This document shows positions 62,413-64,000 of a DNA stretch of 64,000 bases, in pieces. The notes under the pieces were generated by a model. It was not told the DNA's origin. It saw only the letters and a program-made list of their open reading frames with translations, and ran no database searches. Both the position numbers and the translations under genes were made by a program. The DNA lies in NCBI GenBank assembly GCA_035309625.1, contig DATGEY010000027.1, positions 945-64,944 on the forward strand, in the 5' to 3' direction. Each line of letters opens with the position of its first letter. The first letter of the stretch is position 1. Origin of the DNA: Candidatus Acidiferrum sp. GTDB lineage: Bacteria; Acidobacteriota; Terriglobia; Acidiferrales; UBA7541.

Positions 62413-63714
62413 TTGGCCAACTCGCGCACGCCCCGGCCGCTTCGCCTCGCCAGACGGAGCCAACTCAGCTTGTCATCGAAATCCATTCCGCTCAGTTCCT
62501 ATCAGATCCGTCTCCTTGCTGTACTTGTTCTGGTCAACTTTGTCAACTTTGCCGCCCGCTGGGTGTTCATCCCACTGATACCGATGCTGCGCCAAGATCT
62601 GGGCGTGACCGACGCGCAGCTCGGCTCGCTGCAAACCTGGCTGCTGCTAGTGCTCGCGGTGGGCAGTATCCCCTTTGGATTCCTCGCCGACCGCCTCAGT
62701 CGCAAGGCTATCATCAGCTTTGGAATTGTCTGCTGGAGCGTGGCCACCCTGGCGGGCGGCTTTGCCGGCAGTTTCCTGTTTCTGGTGATCGCGCGCGCCT
62801 TCGTCGGAATCGGAGAAGCGGCCTACGCGCCAGCCGCCCAATCCATGATTTCCGGGGCCTTTCCCCTGGAAACACGGGCCTCCGCGCAAGCCATCTTTGC
62901 CAGCGGCATGCTCCTGGGCGGCGCCGCGGGCCAGGCTTTTGGCGGCATCATCGGCCCTCGCTACGGCTGGCCAGCGGCGCTTTTCGTGATTGCCGCTGCC
63001 GGCTTGGTTCCGGTCATCGCGGTGATGTCTCTGGAAGAACCGCCGCGCGGGCCCGCCTCCGAAGTTTGCCCCATTCGCAAGATTCTCACCGTGCCCGCAT
63101 TTCTGGCCATGATTGCGGGCGGCGCCTGCATCACGTTTTCCAGCGTCTCGCTGCTCACCTGGGGCGTCGATTTCGCGGTTACCTACAAGGATTTCAGCCT
63201 GCGCCAGGCTTCCGTTTCTCTGGCAGTGATTGGATTGGTGTGCAGCCTGTGCGGCGTGCTTTTTGGCGGCTTCGTCGCGGACCGCTTGCAGCGGCGCTTC
63301 ACGTACGGCCGCATTATCGCCATCGCCGTTGCGTTTCTGCTCGCTGCTCCCTTCTTGCTCTGGGCCATTCAGACGGACGAGCAAAAACTCGTGCTTACCG
63401 GCCTGGCTCTGGCGGCATTTTTCATGTCCTGGTATCACGGTCCGGTGACCGCGGTGATTCACGACATGATGCCGCGCCGGGCCCACGCCACTTCCATCGG
63501 CGTGTACATGTTCGTAACGCAGTTGGTCGGCGGATTTGGGCCGCAGTTCGTGGGCCGCATTTCCGATTTGCACGACATGCAATTCGGCTTGCAAATCGCG
63601 GTGGCGGTGATGGTGGCCGGCGGGCTGCTGATGTTTTTAGTGATTCACTTCATTCGGCGCGATGGCTTGAAGCATGAGTGCCTGGCGTCGTTCCACGTCG
63701 AACCCGGCGACTAG
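62413..63714 (+). CDS. MFS transporter (spinster-like); start uncertain (62413 or 62470)
   Basis: GFLADRLSRK, RAFVGIGEA, GGFVADR; about 12 TM helices. Confidence 0.85.
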   Translation: MANSRTPRPLRLARRSQLSLSSKSIPLSSYQIRLLAVLVLVNFVNFAARWVFIPLIPMLRQDLGVTDAQLGSLQTWLLLVLAVGSIPFGFLADRLSRKAIISFGIVCWSVATLAGGFAGSFLFLVIARAFVGIGEAAYAPAAQSMISGAFPLETRASAQAIFASGMLLGGAAGQAFGGIIGPRYGWPAALFVIAAAGLVPVIAVMSLEEPPRGPASEVCPIRKILTVPAFLAMIAGGACITFSSVSLLTWGVDFAVTYKDFSLRQASVSLAVIGLVCSLCGVLFGGFVADRLQRRFTYGRIIAIAVAFLLAAPFLLWAIQTDEQKLVLTGLALAAFFMSWYHGPVTAVIHDMMPRRAHATSIGVYMFVTQLVGGFGPQFVGRISDLHDMQFGLQIAVAVMVAGGLLMFLVIHFIRRDGLKHECLASFHVEPGD

Positions 63715-63766
63715 CAGCCCCGTCATTTCCAACTGCCCGCGGCACGCGGGCCGTGCTGTTTTCTTC

Positions 63767-64000
63767 CTACTTGATTCCAATGCGATCGATTAGCCGCAGC
63801 ACATCGGCTTCCGTGACGTCGTAGAGCGCGCGCTCGTCGTCCTCTTCCAGGCGCTCGCGCAAAAAATCCGCGGCGATGAAACTGGCCTCGCGGTCGGTCA
63901 AATCGCGCCCGGTGCGTTCGCGAAATTTGACGAAAGCCTTGTGCGATAAGCCCAAAACCAGCGCCCGGCCGTCGACGAAAAATTTCGTATCAATGGTGTC
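63767..64000 (-). CDS. Hypothetical protein, C-terminal part; runs off the window end
   Basis: Frame stays open to the window edge (...DTKFFVDGRALVLGLSHKAF...RIGIK*). Confidence 0.65.
   Translation of the reverse strand, partial: DTIDTKFFVDGRALVLGLSHKAFVKFRERTGRDLTDREASFIAADFLRERLEEDDERALYDVTEADVLRLIDRIGIK

Overview
High-GC bacterial chromosomal segment whose gene content suggests Acidobacteria (Oar-type TonB-dependent receptor, VWFA-related acidobacterial protein, TPR/FG-GAP/ASPIC-UnbV protein); the taxonomy is an inference. It holds about 52 CDS and one tRNA-Glu(CTC). The main blocks are: an MsrP-like molybdoenzyme/cytochrome b pair; a 12-kb minus-strand sugar-acid catabolic cluster (eda, kdgK, ExuT-like MFS, manD, and a non-phosphorylative L-fucose/D-arabinose-type module with an SSS transporter); an IorAB-like aldehyde oxidoreductase; mmsA; HAD-zwf-glk; yggX; a two-gene unit encoding an ArsL-like CCAEP-tail radical SAM enzyme plus an ATP-grasp ligase; acnA; an Lgt-methyltransferase fusion; ppk2; a TBDT with a Tat-exported glycoside 3-dehydrogenase/TIM-barrel set; queF; and a Lon-family protease. 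No transposase, integrase, phage gene or CRISPR array was seen. Several families of short palindromic REP-like repeats occur, and one perfect 28-bp GTAG palindrome sits in-frame inside the radical SAM gene. The best candidates for undescribed biology are the CCAEP radical SAM + ATP-grasp unit and the Lgt-methyltransferase fusion. All calls come from motif recognition by eye; no database search was run.
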